Shown piece after piece: positions 1-9,279 of a stretch of DNA of 64,000 bases. The notes under the pieces are model-generated. The model was not told the origin of the DNA. It saw only the letters and a program-made list of their open reading frames with translations, and ran no database searches. Within the stretch, counting starts at the first letter, position 1, and each line of letters opens with the position of its first letter. The position numbers were made by a program, and so were the translations under genes. The stretch is from Longimicrobiales bacterium (lineage in GTDB: Bacteria; Gemmatimonadota; Gemmatimonadetes; Longimicrobiales; Gaopeijiaceae), in contig JAWLHJ010000001.1 in assembly GCA_041690395.1 (NCBI GenBank), forward strand, positions 192,001 through 256,000, read 5' to 3'.

Positions 1-1809
1 CATGCCCCCATCGAGCCGCACTGCGCCATCGGGCTGTACGAGGGGAACGGCAAGCTGACCGTCTGGTCCGCGACCCAGGTGCCGCACTACCTGCACCGGG
101 AGTTGTCGCGCGTCCTCGAAGTCGATCCCGCCAAGGTGCGCGTCATCCAGCCGCTGGTCGGCGGGGCGTTCGGCGGCAAGAGCGAGCCCTTCGACCTGGA
201 GTTCTGCGTCGGCAAGCTCGCCATGATGACCGGGCGGCCCGTGAAGATCCTCTACACCCGCGAGGAGGTCTTCTACAGCCACCGCGGCCGCCACCCGTTC
301 CACATGAAGTACCGGACCGGCGCCACCGCCGACGGGCTGCTCACCTCCGTCGACGCGAAGATCCTCCTCGACGGGGGCGCGTACGCCTCGTTCGGGCTCG
401 TCACGACCTACTACTCGGGGCAGCTCCTGTGCGCGCCGTACCAGATGCCCGCGTACCGGTTCGACTCCACGCGCGTCTATACGAACAAGCCGGCGTGCGG
501 ACCCAAGCGTGGCCACGGATCGGTGCAGCCTCGCTTCGCCTTCGAGGTGCAGATCGACAAGCTCGCCGAGCGGGTCGGCATCGACCCCATCGAGTTCCGT
601 AGACGCAATTTCATCGGGTCCAACACACGTACTGTCAACGAGTTACGCGTTACGTCCAATGGATTTCTTGAATGCATGGCCTCGGTGGAGCGGGCAAGCG
701 GGTGGGCGGACAAGTTCCGTAAGATGCCCTTCGGCAAGGGAATAGGTATCGCGGGCTCGACCTACATCTCAGGGACCAACTATCCCATTTACCCGAACGA
801 GATGCCCCAGTCCGGTGTCCAGATGCAGATCGACCGTTCGGGGCGCGTCGCGGTCTTCAGCGGGGCCAGCGAGATCGGCCAGGGATGCGACTCCGTGGTC
901 GCGTACATCGCCGCCGAGGAGCTCGGGGTGCCACTCGACCACGTACGGGTCATGCGCGGAGACACGGACTTCACGCCGGTCGATCTCGGAGCCTATTCGA
1001 GCCGGGTGACGTTCATGCTCGGCAACGCCGCGATCGACGCCGCCCGCAAGCTGCGCCGCCTGATCCAGGAGGCGGTCGCCGAAGCGTGGGAGGTGAAGCC
1101 CGGCGAGGTGCTGCTGGCCGGTGGCCGCGCCTACTGGGCGCCCGACACCGAGCGCCAACTGCCGATTCGCGAGGCCTTCAACCTGGCCGAGGCGAAGTTC
1201 GGCACGCTGGGAGCGACCGGCTCCTACAACACGCCGAAGGACGTGCACGGCGAGTACCGGGGCGGCACCATCGGCGCGTCACCGGCCTATTCGTTCACGG
1301 CGCACGTGGCCGAGGTGGACGTCGATGTCGAGACCGGCATCATCGACGTGAAGAAGATCTGGGTCGCGCACGACTGCGGCCGGGCGCTCAACCCCGTGCT
1401 GGTCGAAGGCCAGATGGAGGGCTCGGCCTACATGGGCTTCGCCGAGGCGCTCATGGAGGAGCAGATCTTCAAGGACGCGGACCACGGGCGGGCGGGGCTC
1501 CACAACGCGCCGTCGCTCCTCGACTACCGGATCCCGACCAGCCTCGACACGCCCGAGCTGGAGTCGCTGATCGTCGAGTCGATCGACCCGGAGGGGCCCT
1601 ACGGCGCCAAGGAGGCCGGCGAGGGCCCGCTGCACCCCTCCATTCCGGCCATCGCCAACGCGATCTACGACGCGATCGGGATCCGCATGGACCGGCTTCC
1701 GTTCTCGCCGCCCCGGGTGTGGCGGGCGGTCGAAGCAGCCCGCGAGGCGGGCACCCTGACGAAGCCCGCGGCTCCGCAACACGCGGCCGTCCCAGGAGCC
1801 GTGCCATGA
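1..1809 (+). CDS. Xanthine dehydrogenase-family molybdopterin-binding subunit, 4-hydroxybenzoyl-CoA reductase alpha-like; 5' truncated by window edge
   Basis: Frame open from base 1 (HAPIEPHCA...VWSATQVPH). Moco-binding motifs GGAFGGK, RGHG..Q, EIGQG, GAYSSR, NP..VEGQ.EG, AKEAGEG. HcrB-like subunit downstream. Confidence 0.88.
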   Translation, partial: HAPIEPHCAIGLYEGNGKLTVWSATQVPHYLHRELSRVLEVDPAKVRVIQPLVGGAFGGKSEPFDLEFCVGKLAMMTGRPVKILYTREEVFYSHRGRHPFHMKYRTGATADGLLTSVDAKILLDGGAYASFGLVTTYYSGQLLCAPYQMPAYRFDSTRVYTNKPACGPKRGHGSVQPRFAFEVQIDKLAERVGIDPIEFRRRNFIGSNTRTVNELRVTSNGFLECMASVERASGWADKFRKMPFGKGIGIAGSTYISGTNYPIYPNEMPQSGVQMQIDRSGRVAVFSGASEIGQGCDSVVAYIAAEELGVPLDHVRVMRGDTDFTPVDLGAYSSRVTFMLGNAAIDAARKLRRLIQEAVAEAWEVKPGEVLLAGGRAYWAPDTERQLPIREAFNLAEAKFGTLGATGSYNTPKDVHGEYRGGTIGASPAYSFTAHVAEVDVDVETGIIDVKKIWVAHDCGRALNPVLVEGQMEGSAYMGFAEALMEEQIFKDADHGRAGLHNAPSLLDYRIPTSLDTPELESLIVESIDPEGPYGAKEAGEGPLHPSIPAIANAIYDAIGIRMDRLPFSPPRVWRAVEAAREAGTLTKPAAPQHAAVPGAVP

Positions 1810-2750
1810 CGATCCTCCGTTGGAGCGTCGCCGTGATCGGCATCGTCGCCGCTGCGGTCGCCATCGTGGGCCTTCCGCTCGACGACCCGCTCGGCCCGGC
1901 CACCGCGGGTCCGTCCGAGCTGGAGGTGGCCGCCGCGGGGGACTGGCCCGCCGAGGACTGGAACGTCTTCCAGAGCACGGTGCGATGGGGGCAGGTGGCC
2001 CGCATCGACACGCTTTCCTTCGGGGATGCCGTCGCGGCCGTGGGCCGGCGCTTCGTGGGCACCGCGTACGTGCCCGGGACGCTCGAAGTCGAAGGACCGG
2101 AACGGGTCGTGGTGAACTTCCAGGGGCTCGACTGCGTCACGTTCGTCGAGAACGCGCTCGCGCTCACGCGGTTCATCCGCGAGGACGGACCCCGCTTGCT
2201 GGCGGACCGCCGCGCGGCCGAGGACCGCTACGAGACGCTCCTCGCCGAGTATCGGTACCGGAGCGGGCGCCTCGACGGCTATCCGAGCCGGCTCCACTAC
2301 TTCAGCGAATGGCTGTCGGACAACGCACGCCGGGGATTGCTCGTGAACGTCGGCCCTGAGCTGGGCGCGATCCCGGACCCGGAGCCCATCGACTTCATGT
2401 CGACGCACGCCGACGCGTACCGCCAGCTCGCGGACACCGCGTTCCTGAGGATGATCCGCGAGACCGAAGCCCGCCTCTCGGAGGCGGAGCGGCTGTACGT
2501 GCCCGAGTCGCGCATCGCGCAGGTCGCCGAGCGGATCCGGAACGGCGACGTCATCGCAGCCACCAGCACGGTTCCGGGGCTCGACGTCGCCCACACGGGG
2601 CTGGCCCTCTGGATCGACGGCACGCTCCACCTGCTGCACGCCCCGCTCGTCGGCGAGGCGGTCGAGATCAGCGAGGTTCCGCTCGCGGATCGGATCCTCC
2701 GCATCGAAGGACAGGACGGAATCATGGTCGCGAGACCCCAGGAGCGCTGA
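1806..2750 (+). CDS. DUF1460 / NlpC-P60-like N-acetylmuramoyl-L-alanine amidase-like protein with N-terminal signal/TM segment
   Basis: ATG 1806 overlaps the upstream TGA (ATGA). Motifs GLDCVTFVE (catalytic Cys), RLHYFSEW, GLDVAHTG, HLLHA. Confidence 0.85.
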   Translation: MTILRWSVAVIGIVAAAVAIVGLPLDDPLGPATAGPSELEVAAAGDWPAEDWNVFQSTVRWGQVARIDTLSFGDAVAAVGRRFVGTAYVPGTLEVEGPERVVVNFQGLDCVTFVENALALTRFIREDGPRLLADRRAAEDRYETLLAEYRYRSGRLDGYPSRLHYFSEWLSDNARRGLLVNVGPELGAIPDPEPIDFMSTHADAYRQLADTAFLRMIRETEARLSEAERLYVPESRIAQVAERIRNGDVIAATSTVPGLDVAHTGLALWIDGTLHLLHAPLVGEAVEISEVPLADRILRIEGQDGIMVARPQER

Positions 2751-2756
2751 TAGACG

Positions 2757-3743
2757 ATGCTGCGCATGGCCCCCTTCCGGCACCACCGGCCCGAGACCGT
2801 CACCCAGGCCATCGAGCTCATGGGCGAGCACGCGGGTCGCGCGATGTACGTCGCGGGCGGCACGGACGTGGTGCCCAACATGAAGCACCGCCTGTTCGAG
2901 CCCGATCACCTGATCGCCCTCAAGGGAATCGAGGAGCTCCGAGGCATCCGGGTCGAAGACGGTGTCCTGCGCATCGGGGCGGCGGAAACGCTCACGTCGG
3001 TGGCCCGTGACCCCGAGGTGCGGGCGCGCTTTCCCGCGCTCGCCGACGCGGCGGGACACGTCGCCGGGCCCCAACTTCGCAACATGGGGACGATCGGCGG
3101 CAACCTCTGCCTCGACACGCGCTGCACCTACTACAACCAGTCCAAGTTCTGGCGTAGCGCGCTCGGGTTCTGTCTCAAGAAGGACGGCGACGTCTGCCAC
3201 GTGACCAGGGTCGGAAAGAAGTGCGTCGCCGCGCACTCTGCCGATACGCCGCCCGTCCTCATGACGCTGGGCGCCGTGGCGGTCATCGAGGGCCCAGACG
3301 GCCGGCGTGAGGTGCCCGTGACCGACTTCTTCGTGGCCGACGGCATCGCCAACACGGTCCGGACCGCCGAAGAGATCGTGACCGAAGTCAGGATTCCCCT
3401 GGCCTCCGCCGATCGTCGCCAGGCCTACGCGAAGCTTCGTCAGCGGCACGCCATCGACTTCCCACTCCTCACGGTCGCGATCTCCGCGGACGTCCAGGAG
3501 GACGGAGTCGTCGGCGGCATCGATGGCGTGGTGACGGCGCTCGGATCGCGTCCGAGAGCGCTTTCCGGTTGGTCGGACCTGGCCGAAGGGGAGCGCCTGG
3601 ACGACGCGCTGGTCGATGAGCTGTGCGCCCGGGCCCACAAGCAGTGCCATCCGCTCGAGAACATCATCGTGGACACCGACTGGCGCCGCGCCATGGTGCC
3701 GGTGTACGTCCGGCGTGCGCTGGAGCGGATCAGGGCCGCGTGA
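2757..3743 (+). CDS. FAD-binding subunit, 4-hydroxybenzoyl-CoA reductase beta-like, with extra Fe-S insert
   Basis: AGGTD and RNMGTIGGN FAD motifs. Cys-rich insert CLDTRCTYYNQSKFWR...CLKKDGDVCH...C typical of HcrB. Confidence 0.88.
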   Translation: MLRMAPFRHHRPETVTQAIELMGEHAGRAMYVAGGTDVVPNMKHRLFEPDHLIALKGIEELRGIRVEDGVLRIGAAETLTSVARDPEVRARFPALADAAGHVAGPQLRNMGTIGGNLCLDTRCTYYNQSKFWRSALGFCLKKDGDVCHVTRVGKKCVAAHSADTPPVLMTLGAVAVIEGPDGRREVPVTDFFVADGIANTVRTAEEIVTEVRIPLASADRRQAYAKLRQRHAIDFPLLTVAISADVQEDGVVGGIDGVVTALGSRPRALSGWSDLAEGERLDDALVDELCARAHKQCHPLENIIVDTDWRRAMVPVYVRRALERIRAA

Positions 3744-3786
3744 CGACCGGGGCGCCCCGCGCACCCGCGTCCGTTCGGGTCCGCGA

Positions 3787-4632
3787 GTGAATCCCCTCGT
3801 CGTCGCCGGGGTCGCGGCCGCGGGCCTCTACGCGCTCGACCGTCTTTCCAACTTCGTCGTGCGCCCGCGCCCACGCGCGCCCGACCGGACCATCGGCGAG
3901 CTCGAGGAGGTCGCTTACCGTGATTTCCGCATCCCCTCGGGCGATCATGAGCTCGCGGCCTGGGAGCTCCGGCCGCCCGGAGAGATCCGTCGACCCGTCT
4001 TCCTGGTCGCGCACGGATGGGGCGCCAGCTACGGCACCATCCTTCGGTTGGGCGAACCGCTCGCGAAGGCCGGGTACGAGGTCGTCCTCTTCGACGTGCG
4101 TGGCCACGGCCGGAACGAGGAGCTGCCCTATGTCACGGTACGCCACTTCCGTGACGACGTGACGGCCGCGCTCCAGTGGACCCGGGGCCGGTTCCCGGAT
4201 CGCCCGCTGGTGCTCGTCGGACACTCGCTCGGAGGAGCGGGCGCGGTGCTCGCCGTCGCGGAAGGCGCCCGCCCGGACGCGCTCGTCCTCATCGCCGCGC
4301 CGTCAGACGTCATGAAGGTCACGGCGGAGTACATGTCCGACCACGGGCTCCCGGGTCGCCTCATCGTGGCCGCGTTCCGACCCTTCTTCTGGAGGAAGAT
4401 CGGGAGCACGTTCCGCGACTTCACGCCCAGCCGGCGCATCCGCGAGGTCGACGTGCCGCTGCTCATGCTGCAGCCGGAGCACGACACCCGCGTCGTCCGC
4501 GAGCACGCGGACAGGCTCGCCGCCGCCGCGGGCCAGCCCTATGTGCTCATCGAGGGGGCCGAGCACACGGACGTGCTCGAGCACCCGAAGACGCTGGAGT
4601 TGATCGAAGAGTTCGTGGCGAGGCTGGGGTAG
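3787..4632 (+). CDS. Alpha/beta hydrolase with N-terminal membrane anchor
   Basis: HGWG oxyanion motif, DVRGHG, GHSLGG nucleophile elbow, D..V and H near the C-terminus. GTG start estimated. Confidence 0.85.
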   Translation: MNPLVVAGVAAAGLYALDRLSNFVVRPRPRAPDRTIGELEEVAYRDFRIPSGDHELAAWELRPPGEIRRPVFLVAHGWGASYGTILRLGEPLAKAGYEVVLFDVRGHGRNEELPYVTVRHFRDDVTAALQWTRGRFPDRPLVLVGHSLGGAGAVLAVAEGARPDALVLIAAPSDVMKVTAEYMSDHGLPGRLIVAAFRPFFWRKIGSTFRDFTPSRRIREVDVPLLMLQPEHDTRVVREHADRLAAAAGQPYVLIEGAEHTDVLEHPKTLELIEEFVARLG

Positions 4633-4647
4633 AACTCCTTCACGGCT

Positions 4648-5127
4648 TCAGCCCCCCAGCGGATCCGGGCATCCCTCGGTCCGCCGGGTATCCGCGATCT
4701 GCGTCACCTTCCACGCGGATCCGTCGTGCAGGAACTCGATCGAGTTGATGCCGCAGTGCCGTACGGCTCCGTCCAGATAGAACGTGTACGGCGTCCACGC
4801 GGACGCCATGTTTCCGTCCACCTGGATCTCGACGTCGTAGACGCGCTCGTCCCAGCGGCGCTCCGACGTACCGATGGCCTCGAGCCACCCCTCCACCGAT
4901 TGGACGGTGACCGTCCCCGTCTCGTCGACCCCCGCGAACCGGGCGTCGGACGCGAAAACGGCCCGCACGAGGTCCGGATTCGCCGTACGCATACCCTCGA
5001 AGATCTGCTCCACGGCCGCATGTACCTCATGCTCGGCGTGCGATTGGGCGTTCGCCGGCGCCGCCAGCGTCAGCGCCAGCAACGTCGTGACCAGCGATCC
5101 GCATCCTCCCGTCATCCTCGTCATCAC
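4648..5127 (-). CDS. Secreted NTF2/SnoaL-like (putative lumazine-binding) protein
   Basis: Signal peptide ending ANA-Q. Motif DGNMASAWTPYTFYLDG...HCGINS...W.VTQIADT. Confidence 0.75.
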   Translation of the reverse strand: MMTRMTGGCGSLVTTLLALTLAAPANAQSHAEHEVHAAVEQIFEGMRTANPDLVRAVFASDARFAGVDETGTVTVQSVEGWLEAIGTSERRWDERVYDVEIQVDGNMASAWTPYTFYLDGAVRHCGINSIEFLHDGSAWKVTQIADTRRTEGCPDPLGG

Positions 5128-5178
5128 GCTCCCTCCATCAGGATCTCCAAAACTCAGAACGGCGACCTACGCGACGAC

Positions 5179-5760
5179 TCAGTCGCCCGACATGCCGCCT
5201 GAAGACGGCGGTACGATGCCGTTCAACCGCATATAGGTCACGAGGTTCCCGTAGTGCTCCCAGGTGTGGGTCGCGTTGAACACGAGCACCCAGAGCCGTG
5301 AGCCCGTCTGGCCGAAGAGTGACACCTCCTCCATCAGCCGGGGTCCGCGAAGCTCCGAGTGCGCACGGTCACAGTAGGCGAACGCCGCATCGAGCCCGGC
5401 CGTCAGGCCGGCCTTGTCGGTGACTTCCTCGTAGTTCGTGGATGCCGGGGAGTCCTCACCCAGCGCGGCGGAGCAGAAGGCGTACGACGCGTTGGCGACG
5501 TGTCCGAGCAGCTCGCCGAACGAGCGGACCTCTTCGGTCGGCCGGTAGGCGAGCACGTCCTCGGGTACGCCGCGTGCGGTCTGGAGCACATAGTTCCGCA
5601 CGGCCTCGTACTGCCGGCGGGCAGCGTCCATCGCCGGCATGTCTCCCCCTCCGCGCGGGCCCATCTGGGCGAGCGAGTCAGCAGGTGCGACGACGAAGAC
5701 GGCGAGGGCAGTGAGGCAGGCGAGCCGGATGCTCGAGGCAAGGCGGGATCGGCGGTTCAT
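5179..5760 (-). CDS. Secreted DinB-family protein
   Basis: GGAGG SD before ATG 5760. Signal peptide. RSFGELLGHVA and HTWEHYGNLVTYMRL His motifs. Confidence 0.85.
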   Translation of the reverse strand: MNRRSRLASSIRLACLTALAVFVVAPADSLAQMGPRGGGDMPAMDAARRQYEAVRNYVLQTARGVPEDVLAYRPTEEVRSFGELLGHVANASYAFCSAALGEDSPASTNYEEVTDKAGLTAGLDAAFAYCDRAHSELRGPRLMEEVSLFGQTGSRLWVLVFNATHTWEHYGNLVTYMRLNGIVPPSSGGMSGD

Positions 5761-5887
5761 GATTCCTCCAGGGCTGAGTGTCCCTGCAATCTGGATGGCC
5801 CCCGGCCCGACCCGCAATCGTATTCCTTGCACCGCGGGGGCACCCGCGCACATCGTTGGGGGAGTACCCCCTCTCGAGGTTGCCAGC

Positions 5888-6442
5888 ATGTCCGACGCCC
5901 CGCCGCTGTCCCCGCCTGCCGACGTCACGATCGATGTCGGAGAGGGGAGGCTTCCGGCCGTCGTCTACGACGAGCTGCGGGCGATCGCCTCACGACACCT
6001 CGCCGGCGAGCGCCCCGGGCAGCCTCTCCGGCCGACCGAGTTGGTCCACGAGGCCTACGTTCGGTTGTCCGAAGCGTCCGACGCCACGGTCACCGACCGT
6101 ACACACTTCTACCGGCTCGCGAGCCGCGTCATGCGGCACGTGCTCGTCGACGCCGCCCGACGACGCGGAGCGGACAAGCGCGGAGGCGGGGCGAGCCCGC
6201 TCACGCTGCACGGCGAGCTGGTGTCCGACGAGGGTCGCGCCATGGAGCTTCTCGAGTTGCACGAGGCGCTGCGGCGCCTGGGGCGTCTCGACGCCCGCCT
6301 CGAGCAGCTGGTCGAGCTGCGCTTCTTCACCGGGCTGACGCTCGCCGAGTCGGCCGCCGCCCTCGGCGTGTCACCCCGTAAGGCCTCGAAGGATTGGGCG
6401 GCCGCGAAGCTGTGGCTCCGCCGTGAGCTGGCCCCGAGCTGA
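5888..6442 (+). CDS. ECF sigma factor, kinase-associated (TIGR02999/ECF43-like)
   Basis: YDELRAIA, PTELVHEAYVRL, MRHVLVDAARRR..KRGG, VELRFFTGL, W..AKLWL. Directly followed by a Ser/Thr kinase. Confidence 0.88.
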   Translation: MSDAPPLSPPADVTIDVGEGRLPAVVYDELRAIASRHLAGERPGQPLRPTELVHEAYVRLSEASDATVTDRTHFYRLASRVMRHVLVDAARRRGADKRGGGASPLTLHGELVSDEGRAMELLELHEALRRLGRLDARLEQLVELRFFTGLTLAESAAALGVSPRKASKDWAAAKLWLRRELAPS

Positions 6443-6445
6443 CCC

Positions 6446-9253
6446 GTGGAACGGAACACATTCCGTGAGCTGATCGACCTCGTCGGCGATGCGCTGGAGC
6501 AGCCGGAGGCCTCGCGAGACGCCTGGCTGGAGCAGAGGTGTGCCGGCGACACGGAGCTTCTGCGAGAGGCCCGTGCGCTCCTGGACCTGTCGGTGGCCCC
6601 CACGCTCCATGGCGTGACGCGCGACATCGAGGCTCGTGTCGGCCGGGCGGCGCTCGACCTCGAGCCGACCGCGCGGACACCGGGACGGATCGGGCCCTAC
6701 GTGGTGGACGGGGTGCTCGGGGAGGGCGGCATGGGCGTCGTCTACGCCGCGCGTCAGGAAAAGCCGCTCGAGCGGGACGTCGCGCTCAAGGTCGTCCGCG
6801 GGAGCGCTCTCCGCCCGCGACTCGGAGCCCGCCTGGAAGCCGAGATGCGCCTGCTCGCGACGCTGGACCACCCCTATGTCGCCCGGATCTATGACGCGGG
6901 AGCGACGGACGACGGTGGCTCCTACTTCGCGATGGAGCGCATCGAGGGCCGACCCGTCACCGACTACTGCACCGCGCACGAGCTCGGAACGCGGGCACGC
7001 CTCGAGCTCTTCCTGAAGGTCCTCCGTGCCGTCGGCCACGCGCACCAGAAGGCGGTCGTACATCGAGACCTCAAGCCGTCCAACATCCTGGTGACCGAGG
7101 TGGACGGCGAGGCGACGCCCAAGCTCATAGACTTCGGCATCGCCCTGGTGGCCTCGGACCTGGAGCTCGACCGCGACGAGCGAACCGCGGTTCTCGGCAC
7201 TCCCGATTACATGAGTCCCGAAGCGATCGCGGGAGCGGAGGTGGACACGCGAGCGGACGTCTACGCCCTCGGCGTGCTGCTCCACGAGCTGCTCACGGAC
7301 CGACTCCCGAGCCGCGGCGACACCCGATCGGGACCGGATGGGGCTCACGTGAGCCCGGACGTCCAAAGGATCCCCAGGGATCTCCGTTACATCGTCGACA
7401 AGGCCATCGCCCGGAATCCTGACGAGCGCTACGCCACCGTGGCTCAACTCGCCGACGACATCGTGCGTTACCTCGCGTCGTATCCAGTCGAGGCCCGTCC
7501 GGCGACGGTCTGGTACAACCTCCAGCGCTTCGCCGTGCGAAATCGCGCCCCGGTGCTCGGGCTCGGGGCCGCCGTCGCGGTCCTTCTCGGGGTCAGCGCC
7601 GTCTTCACCCTGCGCCTCGCGGAGCAGCGCGACCTCGCGGAGACGGAGGCCGCCAAGGCCACGGAAGTGGCGGAGTTCCTCCAGGACCTCTTTCGAGCTC
7701 CGGATCCCGACGTCCCGGGCGCGGCGGATCTGACAGCGAGGGAGATCCTCGAGAGGGGCGTAGACCGCGTCTTCACGGAGCTTTCGGATCAGCCGGAAGT
7801 ACAGGCCGCCCTGCTGGGGGTCATCGCGGACACGTACGGTGGGCTGGGACTGTGGGCCGAGGCCGAGGAGCATCTCGAGGAAGCCGTCGAGCGTGAGCGG
7901 GCGCTGAAGGGCCCCGACCACCCCGACGTCGGCGTCCTGCTCCGCCGCCTGGGCCAGGCGCGGAGCTCCGGCGGCGACTTCTCGGGCGCTGAAACGGCCG
8001 TGCGCGAGTCCCTGGCCATCCTACGCGCTTCCCTCGGGCCGACCGCGCCGGAGACCGGTGAAGCGATGACCCAGCTCGCACTCGTTCTCATGCGGGGCGA
8101 GAGCCGGCTGGCGGAGGCGGACTCGATCGGGAGCGAGGCGGTCACGATCCTGCGGACGGCGACGGGCGAAGAGCACGAGGCGTCGCTCGCGACGGCCCTC
8201 CACACCCTGGCGTTCGTGAAGCGCACGCGGCTCCAGCTTCCGGAGGCGCGGGCACTGAACCAGGAGGCCCTGGCCATCCGACGCCGGATCCTCGACCCGA
8301 CGCACCCCGACGTCCTGATGACCGCCAGCAACCTGGCCGTCGTCGTGGAGCACATGGGCCGCTTCCCCGAGGCGGAGGCGCTGCACCGGGAGGTTCTCGC
8401 CGGGCGAAGAGCGCGGCTGGGCGCGGAGCATCCCGATGTGCTCACGTCCATGAACAACCTCGCCTCGGTTCTGTGGCGGATGGGCCGGTACGCGGAGGCC
8501 GAGTCCGTCTTCCGGGATATCGTCCCCGTCGCGCGGGTCGTCCATGGTGAGCAACACCCGACCACGGCCATCCTGATCAACAACCTCGGCGTGGCGACAC
8601 TGCGCGCGGGAGACCCCGTTGCGGCACAGGCACTCCATCGAGAGGCGCTCGAGATGAACCGCCGGCTCCTGGGGGAGGAGCACGCGCGCGTCGCCGGCGA
8701 TCTGGGGAATCTCGGGAAGGCGGTGTTCGCGGCGGGAGACCCACCGGGAGCGAGAGCGATACACCGTCAGGCGTTGGAGATGCGCGTCCGCCTGCTGGGG
8801 GAATCGCACCCGGACGTGGCCTCGAGCCTGGTCGACCTCGCGGCCGTGAGCCTCGCCGAGTCCGATGCGCCGGCCGCGGTCGAGCAGCTTCGCAGGGCGC
8901 TCGAGATCAGGACCCGCGCTCTCTCGGACGACAGCCCCTGGATCGCCGAAGCGCGTCACCATCTCGGCGTGGCACTTCGGGAAGCCGGAGCGACGGAGGA
9001 AGCTGAGGGGCTTCTCCGGGCCGCGCTCGACGTCCGGACGGCCGCGCTGGACCCGGGCCACCCGGACATCGGGGCGACTCGGAGGGAGCTCGCGCACCTG
9101 TTGCAGGGCACCGGCAGGCTCGCCGAGGCCGCGTCGGAGCTTCGGGAGGCCCGTGCCCACGCCGCCGACCGTCTCGGCGAGAGCCATCCCGAGGTCCAGG
9201 CCATCGACGCCCAACTCGCCTCGCTTCCGACGTCAGCCGGCACCGGCGGCTGA
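6446..9253 (+). CDS. Ser/Thr protein kinase with TM helix and C-terminal TPR repeats
   Basis: LGEGGMGVVY, VALK, HRDLKPSN, DFGIA, GTPDYMSPE. Hydrophobic segment, then many 42-aa 'HPD...NNLA' TPR repeats. Confidence 0.93.
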   Translation: MERNTFRELIDLVGDALEQPEASRDAWLEQRCAGDTELLREARALLDLSVAPTLHGVTRDIEARVGRAALDLEPTARTPGRIGPYVVDGVLGEGGMGVVYAARQEKPLERDVALKVVRGSALRPRLGARLEAEMRLLATLDHPYVARIYDAGATDDGGSYFAMERIEGRPVTDYCTAHELGTRARLELFLKVLRAVGHAHQKAVVHRDLKPSNILVTEVDGEATPKLIDFGIALVASDLELDRDERTAVLGTPDYMSPEAIAGAEVDTRADVYALGVLLHELLTDRLPSRGDTRSGPDGAHVSPDVQRIPRDLRYIVDKAIARNPDERYATVAQLADDIVRYLASYPVEARPATVWYNLQRFAVRNRAPVLGLGAAVAVLLGVSAVFTLRLAEQRDLAETEAAKATEVAEFLQDLFRAPDPDVPGAADLTAREILERGVDRVFTELSDQPEVQAALLGVIADTYGGLGLWAEAEEHLEEAVERERALKGPDHPDVGVLLRRLGQARSSGGDFSGAETAVRESLAILRASLGPTAPETGEAMTQLALVLMRGESRLAEADSIGSEAVTILRTATGEEHEASLATALHTLAFVKRTRLQLPEARALNQEALAIRRRILDPTHPDVLMTASNLAVVVEHMGRFPEAEALHREVLAGRRARLGAEHPDVLTSMNNLASVLWRMGRYAEAESVFRDIVPVARVVHGEQHPTTAILINNLGVATLRAGDPVAAQALHREALEMNRRLLGEEHARVAGDLGNLGKAVFAAGDPPGARAIHRQALEMRVRLLGESHPDVASSLVDLAAVSLAESDAPAAVEQLRRALEIRTRALSDDSPWIAEARHHLGVALREAGATEEAEGLLRAALDVRTAALDPGHPDIGATRRELAHLLQGTGRLAEAASELREARAHAADRLGESHPEVQAIDAQLASLPTSAGTGG

Positions 9254-9279
9254 CCGGGGCAACCGCCAGGCCGGCTCGC

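Noticed and set aside
885..1805. ORF-track N-terminal extensions (e.g. 885, 12567, 13850, 32555, 50943, 51197 starts)
   Set aside because: They overlap upstream genes in other frames. Downstream starts with SD sequences or stop/start coupling and signal peptides fit better.
1665..3764. Long antisense ORFs (e.g. 1665-3764, 9583-12417, 17730-20201, 19210-22176, 59528-62281)
   Set aside because: They are shadow frames of real genes in a ~70% GC genome: Arg/Pro/Ala/His- or Ser-rich, with no family motifs.
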